From Auanema rhodensis (taxonomy: Eukaryota; Animalia; Nematoda), in the NCBI GenBank assembly GCA_964057225.1, contig OZ059894.1:12586001-12650000 (forward strand): a DNA stretch of 64,000 nt, in the 5' to 3' direction. The notes below the pieces were generated by a model. That model worked only from the letters and a program-made list of their open reading frames with translations, had not been told where the DNA came from and did no database searches. Below, one piece after another: positions 26,801 to 41,700 of the stretch. The position numbers were made by a program, and so were the translations under genes. Within the stretch, counting starts at the first letter, position 1, and each line of letters opens with the position of its first letter.

Positions 26801-28620
26801 GAACGAATGAATTGTTTCAAAACTATTGTAAAAATATGAGATTGTTTCAAAATACGTGATTAAATGAAGGAAATGGAGTAAAATGAATTGGAAAATTATA
26901 AAATATTTTCATGTTTTATTTCTTGAGTTTCAAAATATTCAAACTTTTTTTTTTCACTGTTCAAAATCTTAATGAACGAATGAATTGTTTCAAAACTATT
27001 GTAAAAATTTGAGATTGTTTCAAAATACGTGATTAAATGAAGAAAATGGAGTAAAATGAATTGGAAAATTATAAAATATTTCCATGTTTTATTTTTTTAG
27101 TATCAGAAAATTCAAATTAAGATCGTTTTTAATGTTTCAAATCTCAATGAACGAATGAATTGTTTCAAAACTATTGTAAAAATATGAGATTGTTTCAAAA
27201 TACGTGATTAAATGAAGAAAATGTAGTAAAATGAATTGGAAAATTATAAAATATTTTCATGTTTTATTTCTTGAGTTTCAAAATAATCAAACTTTTTTTT
27301 TTCACTGTTTAAAATCTTAATGAACGAATGAATTGTTTCAAAACTATTGTAAAAATATGAGATTGTTTCAAAATACGTGATTAAATGAAGAAAATGGAGT
27401 AAAATGAATTGGAAAATTATAAAATATTTTCATGTTTTATTTCTTGAGTTTCAAAATATTCAAACTTTTTTTTTTCACTGTTTAAAATCTTAATGAACGA
27501 ATGAATTGTTTCAAAACTATTGTAAAAATATGAGATTGTTTCAAAATACGTGATTAAATGAAGAAAATGGAGTAAAATGAATTGGAAAATTATAAAATAT
27601 TTTCATGTTTTATTTCTTGAGTTTCAAAATATTCAAACTTTTTTTTTTCACTGTTTAAAATCTTAATGAACGAATGAATTGTTTCAAAACTATTGTAAAA
27701 ATATGAGATTGTTTCAAAATACGTGATTAAATGAAGAAAATGGAGTAAAATGAATTGGAAAATTATAAAATATTTCCATGTTTTATTTTTTTAGTATCAG
27801 AAAATTCAAATTAAGATCGTTTTTAATGTTTCAAATCTCAATGAACGAATGAATTGTTTCAAAACTATTGTAAAAATATGAGATTGTTTCAAAATACGTG
27901 ATTAAATGAAGAAAATGGAGTAAAATGAATTGGAAAATTATAAAATATTTTCATGTTTTATTTCTTGAGTTTCAAAATATTCAAACTTTTTTTTTTCACT
28001 GTTTAAAATCTTAATGAACGAATGAATTGTTTCAAAACTATTGTAAAAATATGAGATTGTTTCAAAATACGTGATTAAATGAAGAAAATGGAGTAAAATG
28101 AATTGGAAAATTATAAAATATTTCCATGTTTTATTTTTTTAGTATCAGAAAATTCAAATTAAGATCGTTTTTAATGTTTCAAATCTCAATGAACGAATGA
28201 ATTGTTTCAAAACTATTGTAAAAATATGAGATTGTTTCAAAATACGTGATCAAATGAAGAAAATAGAGTAAAATGAATTGGAAAATTATAAAATATTTTC
28301 ATGTTTTATTTTTTGAGTATCAAAATATTTGAAATTATAACTTCTTTACTGTTAAAAACATTATTAACTGGATGATTTGTTCCGAAATTATTGTAAAAAT
28401 ATGAGATTGTTTCAAAATACGTGATTAAATGAAGAAAATAGAGTAAAATGAATTGGAAAATTATAAAATATTTTCATGTTTCATTTTTTGAGTATCAAAT
28501 AAATTAAAATTATATCTACTTTACTGTTAAAAACATTATTAACTGGATTATTTATTTCGAAATTATTGTAAAATTTAAAATTGTTCCAAGAAACATAATT
28601 AAATGAAGAAAATAGAGTAA
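14231..28620 (+). repeat. 40-monomer tandem block duplication (6955 bp period)
   Basis: TGATCA at 14341, 21296 and 28251. Private 'gtatcggaaa' SNP at 16321 and 23276. 'gaacaaat' near 19325 and 26280. All offset by 6955. Confidence 0.92.
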
Positions 28621-31600
28621 AATGAATTGGAAAATTTTAAAATATTTTCATGTTTTATTTTTTGAGTATCGAAATATTTAAAATTATATCTTCTTTACTG
28701 TTAAAAACATTATTAAATGAATGATTTGTTTCGAAATTATTGTAAAAATTTAAAATTGTTCCAAGAAACATGATTAAATGAAGAAAATGGAGTAAAATGA
28801 ATTGGAAAATTATAAAATATTTCCATGTTTTATTTTCTTAGTATCAGAAAATTCAAATTAAGATCGTTTTTAATGTTTCAAATCTCAATGAACGAATGAA
28901 TTGTTTCAAAACTATTGTAAAAATATGAGATTGTTTCAAAATACGTGATTAAATGAAGAAAATGGAGTAAAATGAATTGGAAAATTATAAAATATTTCCA
29001 TGTTTTATTTTCTTAGTATCAGAAAATTCAAATTAAGATCGTTTTTAATGTTTCAAATCTCAATGAACGAATGAATTGTTTCAAAACTATTGTAAAAATA
29101 TGAGATTGTTTCAAAATACGTGATCAAATGAAGAAAATAGAGTAAAATGAATTGGAAAATTATAAAATATTTTCATGTTTTATTTTTTGAGTATCAAAAT
29201 ATTTGAAATTATAACTTCTTTACTGTTAAAAACATTATTAACTGGATGATTTGTTTCGAAATTATTGTAAAAATATGAGATTGTTTCAAAATACGTGATT
29301 AAATGAAGAAAATAGAGTAAAATGAATTGGAATATTATAAAATATTTTCATGTTTTATTTCTTGAGTATCAAAATATTCAAACTTTTTTTTTTCACTGTT
29401 TAAAATCTTATTGAACGAATGAATTGTTTCAAAACTATTGTAAAAATATGAGATTGTTTCAAAATACGTGATTAAATGAAGGAAATGGAGTAAAATGAAT
29501 TGGAAAATTATAAAATATTTTCATGTTTTATTTCTTGAGTTTCAAAATATTCAAACTTTTTTTTTTCACTGTTCAAAATCTTAATGAACGAATGAATTGT
29601 TTCAAAACTATTGTAAAAATTTGAGATTGTTTCAAAATACGTGATTAAATGAAGAAAATGGAGTAAAATGAATTGGAAAATTATAAAATATTTCCATGTT
29701 TTATTTTTTTAGTATCAGAAAATTCAAATTAAGATCGTTTTTAATGTTTCAAATCTCAATGAACGAATGAATTGTTTCAGAACTATTGTAAAAATATGAG
29801 ATTGTTTCAAAATACGTGATTAAATGAAGAAAATGTAGTAAAATGAATTGGAAAATTATAAAATATTTTCATGTTTTATTTCTTGAGTTTCAAAATAATC
29901 AAACTTTTTTTTTTCACTGTTTAAAATCTTAATGAACGAATGAATTGTTTCAAAACTATTGTAAAAATATGAGATTGTTTCAAAATACGTGATTAAATGA
30001 AGAAAATGGAGTAAAATGAATTGGAAAATTATAAAATATTTTCATGTTTTATTTCTTGAGTTTCAAAATATTCAAACTTTTTTTTTTCACTGTTTAAAAT
30101 CTTAATGAACAAATGAATTGTTTCAAAACTATTGTAAAAATATGAGATTGTTTCAAAATACGTGATTAAATGAAGGAAATGGAGTAAAATGAATTGGAAA
30201 ATTATAAAATATTTTCATGTTTTATTTCTTGAGTTTCAAAATATTCAAACTTTTTTTTTTCACTGTTCAAAATCTTAATGAACGAATGAATTGTTTCAAA
30301 ACTATTGTAAAAATTTGAGATTGTTTCAAAATACGTGATTAAATGAAGAAAATGGAGTAAAATGAATTGGAAAATTATAAAATATTTCCATGTTTTATTT
30401 TTTTAGTATCAGAAAATTCAAATTAAGATCGTTTTTAATGTTTCAAATCTCAATGAACGAATGAATTGTTTCAAAACTATTGTAAAAATATGAGATTGTT
30501 TCAAAATACGTGATTAAATGAAGAAAATGGAGTAAAATGAATTGGAAAATTATAAAATATTTTCATGTTTTATTTCTTGAGTTTCAAAATATTCAAACTT
30601 TTTTTTTTCACTGTTTAAAATCTTAATGAACGAATGAATTGTTTCAAAACTATTGTAAAAATATGAGATTGTTTCAAAATACGTGATTAAATGAAGAAAA
30701 TGGAGTAAAATGAATTGGAAAATTATAAAATATTTTCATGTTTTATTTCTTGAGTTTCAAAATATTCAAACTTTTTTTTTTCACTGTTTAAAATCTTAAT
30801 GAACGAATGAATTGTTTCAAAACTATTGTAAAAATATGAGATTGTTTCAAAATACGTGATTAAATGAAGAAAATGGAGTAAAATGAATTGGAAAATTATA
30901 AAATATTTCCATGTTTTATTTTTTTAGTATCAGAAAATTCAAATTAAGATCGTTTTTAATGTTTCAAATCTCAATGAACGAATGAATTGTTTCAAAACTA
31001 TTGTAAAAATATGAGATTGTTTCAAAATACGTGATTAAATGAAGAAAATGGAGTAAAATGAATTGGAAAATTATAAAATATTTTCATGTTTTATTTCTTG
31101 AGTTTCAAAATATTCAAACTTTTTTTTTTCACTGTTTAAAATCTTAATGAACGAATGAATTGTTTCAAAACTATTGTAAAAATATGAGATTGTTTCAAAA
31201 TACGTGATTAAATGAAGAAAATGGAGTAAAATGAATTGGAAAATTATAAAATATTTCCATGTTTTATTTTTTTAGTATCAGAAAATTCAAATTAAGATCG
31301 TTTTTAATGTTTCAAATCTCAATGAACGAATGAATTGTTTCAAAACTATTGTAAAAATATGAGATTGTTTCAAAATACGTGATCAAATGAAGAAAATAGA
31401 GTAAAATGAATTGGAAAATTATAAAATATTTTCATGTTTTATTTTTTGAGTATCAAAATATTTGAAATTATAACTTCTTTACTGTTAAAAACATTATTAA
31501 CTGGATGATTTGTTTCGAAATTATTGTAAAAATATGAGATTGTTTCAAAATACGTGATTAAATGAAGAAAATAGAGTAAAATGAATTGGAAAATTATAAA

Positions 31601-33440
31601 ATATTTTCATGTTTCATTTTTTGAGTATCAAATAAATTAAAATTATATCTACTTTACTGTTAAAAACATTATTAACTGGATTATTTATTTCGAAATTATT
31701 GTAAAATTTAAAATTGTTCCAAGAAACATAATTAAATGAAGAAAATAGAGTAAAATGAATTGGAAAATTTTAAAATATTTTCATGTTTTATTTTTTGAGT
31801 ATCGAAATATTTAAAATTATATCTTCTTTACTGTTAAAAACATTATTAAATGAATGATTTGTTTCGAAATTATTGTAAAAATTTAAAATTGTTCCAAGAA
31901 ACATGATTAAATGAAGAAAATGGAGTAAAATGAATTGGAAAATTATAAAATATTTCCATGTTTTATTTTCTTAGTATCAGAAAATTCAAATTAAGATCGT
32001 TTTTAATGTTTCAAATCTCAATGAACGAATGAATTGTTTCAAAACTATTGTAAAAATATGAGATTGTTTCAAAATACGTGATTAAATGAAGAAAATGGAG
32101 TAAAATGAATTGGAAAATTATAAAATATTTCCATGTTTTATTTTCTTAGTATCAGAAAATTCAAATTAAGATCGTTTTTAATGTTTCAAATCTCAATGAA
32201 CGAATGAATTGTTTCAAAACTATTGTAAAAATATGAGATTGTTTCAAAATACGTGATCAAATGAAGAAAATAGAGTAAAATGAATTGGAAAATTATAAAA
32301 TATTTTCATGTTTTATTTTTTGAGTATCAAAATATTTGAAATTATAACTTCTTTACTGTTAAAAACATTATTAACTGGATGATTTGTTTCGAAATTATTG
32401 TAAAAATATGAGATTGTTTCAAAATACGTGATTAAATGAAGAAAATAGAGTAAAATGAATTGGAAAATTATAAAATATTTTCATGTTTCATTTTTTGAGT
32501 ATCAAATAAATTAAAATTATATCTACTTTACTGTTAAAAACATTATTAACTGGATTATTTATTTCGAAATTATTGTAAAATTTAAAATTGTTCCAAGAAA
32601 CATAATTAAATGAAGAAAATAGAGTAAAATGAATTAGAAAATTTTAAAATATTTTCATGTTTTATTTTTTGAGTATCGAAATATTTAAAATTATATCTTC
32701 TTTACTGTTAAAAACATTATTAAATGAATGATTTGTTTCGAAATTATTGTAAAAATTTAAAATTGTTCCAAGAAACATGATTAAATGAAGAAAATGGAGT
32801 AAAATGAATTGGAAAATTATAAAATATTTCCATGTTTTATTTTCTTAGTATCAGAAAATTCAAATTAAGATCGTTTTTAATGTTTCAAATCTTAATGAAC
32901 GAATTAATTGTTTCAAAACTATTGTAAAAATATGAGATTGTTTCAAAATACGTGATTAAATGAAGAAAATGGAGTAAAATAAATTGGAAAATTATAAAAT
33001 ATTTTCATGTTTTATTTCTTGAGTATCAAAATATTTAAACTTTTTTTTTTCACTGTTTAAAATCTTACAGAACGAATGAATTGTTTCAAAACTATTGTAA
33101 AAATTTGAGATTGTTTCAAAATACGTGATTAAATGAAGAAAATGGAGTAAAATGAATTGGAAAATTATAAAATATTTCCATGTTTTATTTTCTTAGTATC
33201 AGAAAATTCAAATTAAGATCGTTTTTAATGTTTCAAATCTTAATGAACGAATTAATTGTTTCAAAACTATTGTAAAAATATGAGATTGTTTCAAAATACG
33301 TGATTAAATGAAGAAAATAGAGTAAAATGAATTGGAATATTATAAAATATTTTCATGTTTTATTTCTTGAGTATCAAAATATTCAAACTTTTTTTTTTCA
33401 CTGTTTAAAATCTTAATGAACGAATGAATTGTTTCAAAAC

Positions 33441-36400
33441 TATTGTAAAAATATGAGATTGTTTCAAAATACGTGATTAAATGAAGGAAATGGAGTAAAA
33501 TGAATTGGAAAATTATAAAATATTTTCATGTTTTATTTCTTGAGTTTCAAAATATTCAAACTTTTTTTTTTCACTGTTCAAAATCTTAATGAACGAATGA
33601 ATTGTTTCAAAACTATTGTAAAAATTTGAGATTGTTTCAAAATACGTGATTAAATGAAGAAAATGGAGTAAAATGAATTGGAAAATTATAAAATATTTCC
33701 ATGTTTTATTTTTTTAGTATCAGAAAATTCAAATTAAGATCGTTTTTAATGTTTCAAATCTCAATGAACGAATGAATTGTTTCAAAACTATTGTAAAAAT
33801 ATGAGATTGTTTCAAAATACGTGATTAAATGAAGAAAATGGAGTAAAATGAATTGGAAAATTATAAAATATTTTCATGTTTTATTTCTTGAGTTTCAAAA
33901 TATTCAAACTTTTTTTTTTCACTGTTTAAAATCTTAATGAACGAATGAATTGTTTCAAAACTATTGTAAAAATATGAGATTGTTTCAAAATACGTGATTA
34001 AATGAAGAAAATGGAATAAAATGAATTGGAAAATTATAAAATATTTCCATGTTTTATTTTTTTAGTATCAGAAAATTCAAATTAAGATCGTTTTTAATGT
34101 TTCAAATCTCAATGAACGAATGAATTGTTTCAAAACTATTGTAAAAATATGAGATTGTTTCAAAATACGTGATTAAATGAAGAAAATGGAGTAAAATGAA
34201 TTGGAAAATTATAAAATATTTTCATGTTTTATTTCTTGAGTTTCAAAATATTCAAACTTTTTTTTTTCACTGTTTAAAATCTTAATGAACGAATGAATTG
34301 TTTCAAAACTATTGTAAAAATATGAGATTGTTTCAAAATACGTGATTAAATGAAGAAAATGGAGTAAAATGAATTGGAAAATTATAAAATATTTTCATGT
34401 TTTATTTCTTGAGTTTCAAAATATTCAAACTTTTTTTTTTCACTGTTTAAAATCTTAATGAACGAATGAATTGTTTCAAAACTATTGTAAAAATATGAGA
34501 TTGTTTCAAAATACGTGATTAAATGAAGAAAATGGAATAAAATGAATTGGAAAATTATAAAATATTTCCATGTTTTATTTTTTTAGTATCAGAAAATTCA
34601 AATTAAGATCGTTTTTAATGTTTCAAATCTCAATGAACGAATGAATTGTTTCAAAACTATTGTAAAAATATGAGATTGTTTCAAAATACGTGATCAAATG
34701 AAGAAAATAGAGTAAAATGAATTGGAAAATTATAAAATATTTTCATGTTTTATTTTTTGAGTATCAAAATATTTGAAATTATAACTTCTTTACTGTTAAA
34801 AACATTATTAACTGGATGATTTGTTTCGAAATTATTGTAAAAATATGAGATTGTTTCAAAATACGTGATTAAATGAAGAAAATAGAGTAAAATGAATTGG
34901 AAAATTTTAAAATATTTTCATGTTTTATTTTTTGAGTATCGAAATATTTAAAATTATATCTTCTTTACTGTTAAAAACATTATTAAATGAATGATTTGTT
35001 TCGAAATTATTGTAAAATTTAAAATTGTTCCAAGAAACATAATTAAATGAAGAAAATGGAGTAAAATGAATTGGAAAATTATAAAATATTTTCATGTTTC
35101 ATTTTTTGAGTATCAAATAAATTAAAATTATATCTACTTTACTGTTAAAAACATTATTAACTGGATTATTTATTTCGAAATTATTGTAAAATTTAAAATT
35201 GTTCCAAGAAACATAATTAAATGAAGAAAATAGAGTAAAATGAATTGGAAAATTTTAAAATATTTTCATGTTTTATTTTTTGAGTATCGAAATATTTAAA
35301 ATTATATCTTCTTTACTGTTAAAAACATTATTAAATGAATGATTTGTTTCGAAATTATTGTAAAAATTTAAAATTGTTCCAAGAAACATGATTAAATGAA
35401 GAAAATGGAGTAAAATGAATTGGAAAATTATAAAATATTTCCATGTTTTATTTTCTTAGTATCAGAAAATTCAAATTAAGATCGTTTTTAATGTTTCAAA
35501 TCTCAATGAACGAATGAATTGTTTCAAAAATATTGTAAAAATATGAGATTGTTTCAAAATACGTGATTAAATGAAGAAAATGGAGTAAAATGAATTGGAA
35601 AATTATAAAATATTTCCATGTTTTATTTTCTTAGTATCAGAAAATTCAAATTAAGATCGTTTTTAATGTTTCAAATCTCAATGAACGAATGAATTGTTTC
35701 AAAACTATTGTAAAAATATGAGATTGTTTCAAAATACGTGATCAAATGAAGAAAATAGAGTAAAATGAATTGGAAAATTATAAAATATTTTCATGTTTTA
35801 TTTTTTGAGTATCAAAATATTTGAAATTATAACTTCTTTACTGTTAAAAACATTATTAACTGGATGATTTGTTTCAAAATTATTGTAAAAATATGAGATT
35901 GTTTCAAAATACGTGATTAAATGAAGGAAATGGAGTAAAATGAATTGGAAAATTATAAAATATTTTCATGTTTTATTTCTTGAGTTTCAAAATATTCAAA
36001 CTTTTTTTTTTCACTGTTCAAAATCTTAATGAACGAATGAATTGTTTCAAAACTATTGTAAAAATTTGAGATTGTTTCAAAATACGTGATTAAATGAAGA
36101 AAATGGAGTAAAATGAATTGGAAAATTATAAAATATTTCCATGTTTTATTTTTTTAGTATCAGAAAATTCAAATTAAGATCGTTTTTAATGTTTCAAATC
36201 TCAATGAACGAATGAATTGTTTCAAAACTATTGTAAAAATATGAGATTGTTTCAAAATACGTGATTAAATGAAGAAAATGGAGTAAAATGAATTGGAAAA
36301 TTATAAAATATTTTCATGTTTTATTTCTTGAGTTTCAAAATATTCAAACTTTTTTTTTTCACTGTTTAAAATCTTAATGAACGAATGAATTGTTTCAAAA

Positions 36401-38720
36401 CTATTGTAAAAATATGAGATTGTTTCAAAATACGTGATTAAATGAAGAAAATGGAATAAAATGAATTGGAAAATTATAAAATATTTCCATGTTTTATTTT
36501 TTTAGTATCAGAAAATTCAAATTAAGATCGTTTTTAATGTTTCAAATCTCAATGAACGAATGAATTGTTTCAAAACTATTGTAAAAATATGAGATTGTTT
36601 CAAAATACGTGATTAAATGAAGAAAATGGAGTAAAATGAATTGGAAAATTATAAAATATTTTCATGTTTTATTTCTTGAGTTTCAAAATATTCAAACTTT
36701 TTTTTTTCACTGTTTAAAATCTTAATGAACGAATGAATTGTTTCAAAACTATTGTAAAAATATGAGATTGTTTCAAAATACGTGATTAAATGAAGAAAAT
36801 GGAGTAAAATGAATTGGAAAATTATAAAATATTTTCATGTTTTATTTCTTGAGTTTCAAAATATTCAAACTTTTTTTTTTCACTGTTTAAAATCTTAATG
36901 AACGAATGAATTGTTTCAAAACTATTGTAAAAATATGAGATTGTTTCAAAATACGTGATTAAATGAAGAAAATGGAATAAAATGAATTGGAAAATTATAA
37001 AATATTTCCATGTTTTATTTTTTTAGTATCAGAAAATTCAAATTAAGATCGTTTTTAATGTTTCAAATCTCAATGAACGAATGAATTGTTTCAAAACTAT
37101 TGTAAAAATATGAGATTGTTTCAAAATACGTGATCAAATGAAGAAAATAGAGTAAAATGAATTGGAAAATTATAAAATATTTTCATGTTTTATTTTTTGA
37201 GTATCAAAATATTTGAAATTATAACTTCTTTACTGTTAAAAACATTATTAACTGGATGATTTGTTTCGAAATTATTGTAAAAATATGAGATTGTTTCAAA
37301 ATACGTGATTAAATGAAGAAAATAGAGTAAAATGAATTGGAAAATTTTAAAATATTTTCATGTTTTATTTTTTGAGTATCGAAATATTTAAAATTATATC
37401 TTCTTTACTGTTAAAAACATTATTAAATGAATGATTTGTTTCGAAATTATTGTAAAATTTAAAATTGTTCCAAGAAACATAATTAAATGAAGAAAATGGA
37501 GTAAAATGAATTGGAAAATTATAAAATATTTTCATGTTTCATTTTTTGAGTATCAAATAAATTAAAATTATATCTACTTTACTGTTAAAAACATTATTAA
37601 CTGGATTATTTATTTCGAAATTATTGTAAAATTTAAAATTGTTCCAAGAAACATAATTAAATGAAGAAAATAGAGTAAAATGAATTGGAAAATTTTAAAA
37701 TATTTTCATGTTTTATTTTTTGAGTATCGAAATATTTAAAATTATATCTTCTTTACTGTTAAAAACATTATTAAATGAATGATTTGTTTCGAAATTATTG
37801 TAAAAATTTAAAATTGTTCCAAGAAACATGATTAAATGAAGAAAATGGAGTAAAATGAATTGGAAAATTATAAAATATTTCCATGTTTTATTTTCTTAGT
37901 ATCAGAAAATTCAAATTAAGATCGTTTTTAATGTTTCAAATCTCAATGAACGAATGAATTGTTTCAAAAATATTGTAAAAATATGAGATTGTTTCAAAAT
38001 ACGTGATTAAATGAAGAAAATGGAGTAAAATGAATTGGAAAATTATAAAATATTTCCATGTTTTATTTTCTTAGTATCAGAAAATTCAAATTAAGATCGT
38101 TTTTAATGTTTCAAATCTCAATGAACGAATGAATTGTTTCAAAACTATTGTAAAAATATGAGATTGTTTCAAAATACGTGATCAAATGAAGAAAATAGAG
38201 TAAAATGAATTGGAAAATTATAAAATATTTTCATGTTTTATTTCTTGAGTATCAAAATATTTGAAATTATAACTTCTTTACTGTTAAAAACATTATTAAC
38301 TGGATGATTTGTTTCGAAATTATTGTAAAAATATGAGATTGTTTCAAAATACGTGATTAAATGAAGGAAATGGAGTAAAATGAATTGGAAAATTATAAAA
38401 TATTTTCATGTTTTATTTCTTGAGTTTCAAAATATTCAAACTTTTTTTTTTCACTGTTCAAAATCTTAATGAACGAATGAATTGTTTCAAAACTATTGTA
38501 AAAATTTGAGATTGTTTCAAAATACGTGATTAAATGAAGAAAATGGAGTAAAATGAATTGGAAAATTATAAAATATTTCCATGTTTTATTTTTTTAGTAT
38601 CAGAAAATTCAAATTAAGATCGTTTTTAATGTTTCAAATCTCAATGAACGAATGAATTGTTTCAAAACTATTGTAAAAATATGAGATTGTTTCAAAATAC
38701 GTGATTAAATGAAGAAAATG
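33441..38720 (+). repeat. 14-monomer tandem duplication (2440 bp period) containing C1-C3'-C2-C3-B-B-C1
   Basis: 'atgaaggaaa' at 33481/35921/38361, TGATCA at 34695/37135, and private 'gtttcaaaaatattg' at 35521/37961. Confidence 0.92.
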
Positions 38721-41700
38721 TAGTAAAATGAATTGGAAAATTATAAAATATTTTCATGTTTTATTTCTTGAGTTTCAAAATAATCAAACTTTTTTTTTTC
38801 ACTGTTTAAAATCTTAATGAACGAATGAATTGTTTCAAAACTATTGTAAAAATATGAGATTGTTTCAAAATACGTGATTAAATGAAGAAAATGGAGTAAA
38901 ATGAATTGGAAAATTATAAAATATTTTCATGTTTTATTTCTTGAGTTTCAAAATATTCAAACTTTTTTTTTTCACTGTTTAAAATCTTAATGAACAAATG
39001 AATTGTTTCAAAACTATTGTAAAAATATGAGATTGTTTCAAAATACGTGATTAAATGAAGGAAATGGAGTAAAATGAATTGGAAAATTATAAAATATTTT
39101 CATGTTTTATTTCTTGAGTTTCAAAATATTCAAACTTTTTTTTTTCACTGTTCAAAATCTTAATGAACGAATGAATTGTTTCAAAACTATTGTAAAAATT
39201 TGAGATTGTTTCAAAATACGTGATTAAATGAAGAAAATGGAGTAAAATGAATTGGAAAATTATAAAATATTTCCATGTTTTATTTTTTTAGTATCAGAAA
39301 ATTCAAATTAAGATCGTTTTTAATGTTTCAAATCTCAATGAACGAATGAATTGTTTCAAAACTATTGTAAAAATATGAGATTGTTTCAAAATACGTGATT
39401 AAATGAAGAAAATGGAGTAAAATGAATTGGAAAATTATAAAATATTTTCATGTTTTATTTCTTGAGTTTCAAAATATTCAAACTTTTTTTTTTCACTGTT
39501 TAAAATCTTAATGAACGAATGAATTGTTTCAAAACTATTGTAAAAATATGAGATTGTTTCAAAATACGTGATTAAATGAAGAAAATGGAGTAAAATGAAT
39601 TGGAAAATTATAAAATATTTTCATGTTTTATTTCTTGAGTTTCAAAATATTCAAACTTTTTTTTTTCACTGTTTAAAATCTTAATGAACGAATGAATTGT
39701 TTCAAAACTATTGTAAAAATATGAGATTGTTTCAAAATACGTGATTAAATGAAGAAAATGGAGTAAAATGAATTGGAAAATTATAAAATATTTCCATGTT
39801 TTATTTTTTTAGTATCAGAAAATTCAAATTAAGATCGTTTTTAATGTTTCAAATCTCAATGAACGAATGAATTGTTTCAAAACTATTGTAAAAATATGAG
39901 ATTGTTTCAAAATACGTGATTAAATGAAGAAAATGGAGTAAAATGAATTGGAAAATTATAAAATATTTTCATGTTTTATTTCTTGAGTTTCAAAATATTC
40001 AAACTTTTTTTTTTCACTGTTTAAAATCTTAATGAACGAATGAATTGTTTCAAAACTATTGTAAAAATATGAGATTGTTTCAAAATACGTGATTAAATGA
40101 AGAAAATGGAGTAAAATGAATTGGAAAATTATAAAATATTTCCATGTTTTATTTTTTTAGTATCAGAAAATTCAAATTAAGATCGTTTTTAATGTTTCAA
40201 ATCTCAATGAACGAATGAATTGTTTCAAAACTATTGTAAAAATATGAGATTGTTTCAAAATACGTGATTAAATGAAGAAAATGGAGTAAAATGAATTGGA
40301 AAATTATAAAATATTTCCATGTTTTATTTTTTTAGTATCAGAAAATTCAAATTAAGATCGTTTTTAATGTTTCAAATCTCAATGAACGAATGAATTGTTT
40401 CAAAACTATTGTAAAAATATGAGATTGTTTCAAAATACGTGATCAAATGAAGAAAATAGAGTAAAATGAATTGGAAAATTATAAAATATTTTCATGTTTT
40501 ATTTTTTGAGTATCAAAATATTTGAAATTATAACTTCTTTACTGTTAAAAACATTATTAACTGGATGATTTGTTTCGAAATTATTGTAAAAATATGAGAT
40601 TGTTTCAAAATACGTGATTAAATGAAGAAAATAGAGTAAAATGAATTGGAAAATTATAAAATATTTTCATGTTTCATTTTTTGAGTATCAAATAAATTAA
40701 AATTATATCTACTTTACTGTTAAAAACATTATTAACTGGATTATTTATTTCGAAATTATTGTAAAATTTAAAATTGTTCCAAGAAACATAATTAAATGAA
40801 GAAAATAGAGTAAAATGAATTGGAAAATTTTAAAATATTTTCATGTTTTATTTTTTGAGTATCGAAATATTTAAAATTATATCTTCTTTACTGTTAAAAA
40901 CATTATTAAATGAATGATTTGTTTCGAAATTATTGTAAAAATTTAAAATTGTTCCAAGAAACATGATTAAATGAAGAAAATGGAGTAAAATGAATTGGAA
41001 AATTATAAAATATTTCCATGTTTTATTTTCTTAGTATCAGAAAATTCAAATTAAGATCGTTTTTAATGTTTCAAATCTCAATGAACGAATGAATTGTTTC
41101 AAAACTATTGTAAAAATATGAGATTGTTTCAAAATACGTGATTAAATGAAGAAAATGGAGTAAAATGAATTGGAAAATTATAAAATATTTCCATGTTTTA
41201 TTTTCTTAGTATCAGAAAATTCAAATTAAGATCGTTTTTAATGTTTCAAATCTCAATGAACGAATGAATTGTTTCAAAACTATTGTAAAAATATGAGATT
41301 GTTTCAAAATACGTGATCAAATGAAGAAAATAGAGTAAAATGAATTGGAAAATTATAAAATATTTTCATGTTTTATTTTTTGAGTATCAAAATATTTGAA
41401 ATTATAACTTCTTTACTGTTAAAAACATTATTAACTGGATGATTTGTTTCGAAATTATTGTAAAAATATGAGATTGTTTCAAAATACGTGATTAAATGAA
41501 GAAAATAGAGTAAAATGAATTGGAAAATTATAAAATATTTTCATGTTTCATTTTTTGAGTATCAAATAAATTAAAATTATATCTACTTTACTGTTAAAAA
41601 CATTATTAACTGGATTATTTATTTCGAAATTATTGTAAAATTTAAAATTGTTCCAAGAAACATAATTAAATGAAGAAAATAGAGTAAAATGAATTAGAAA

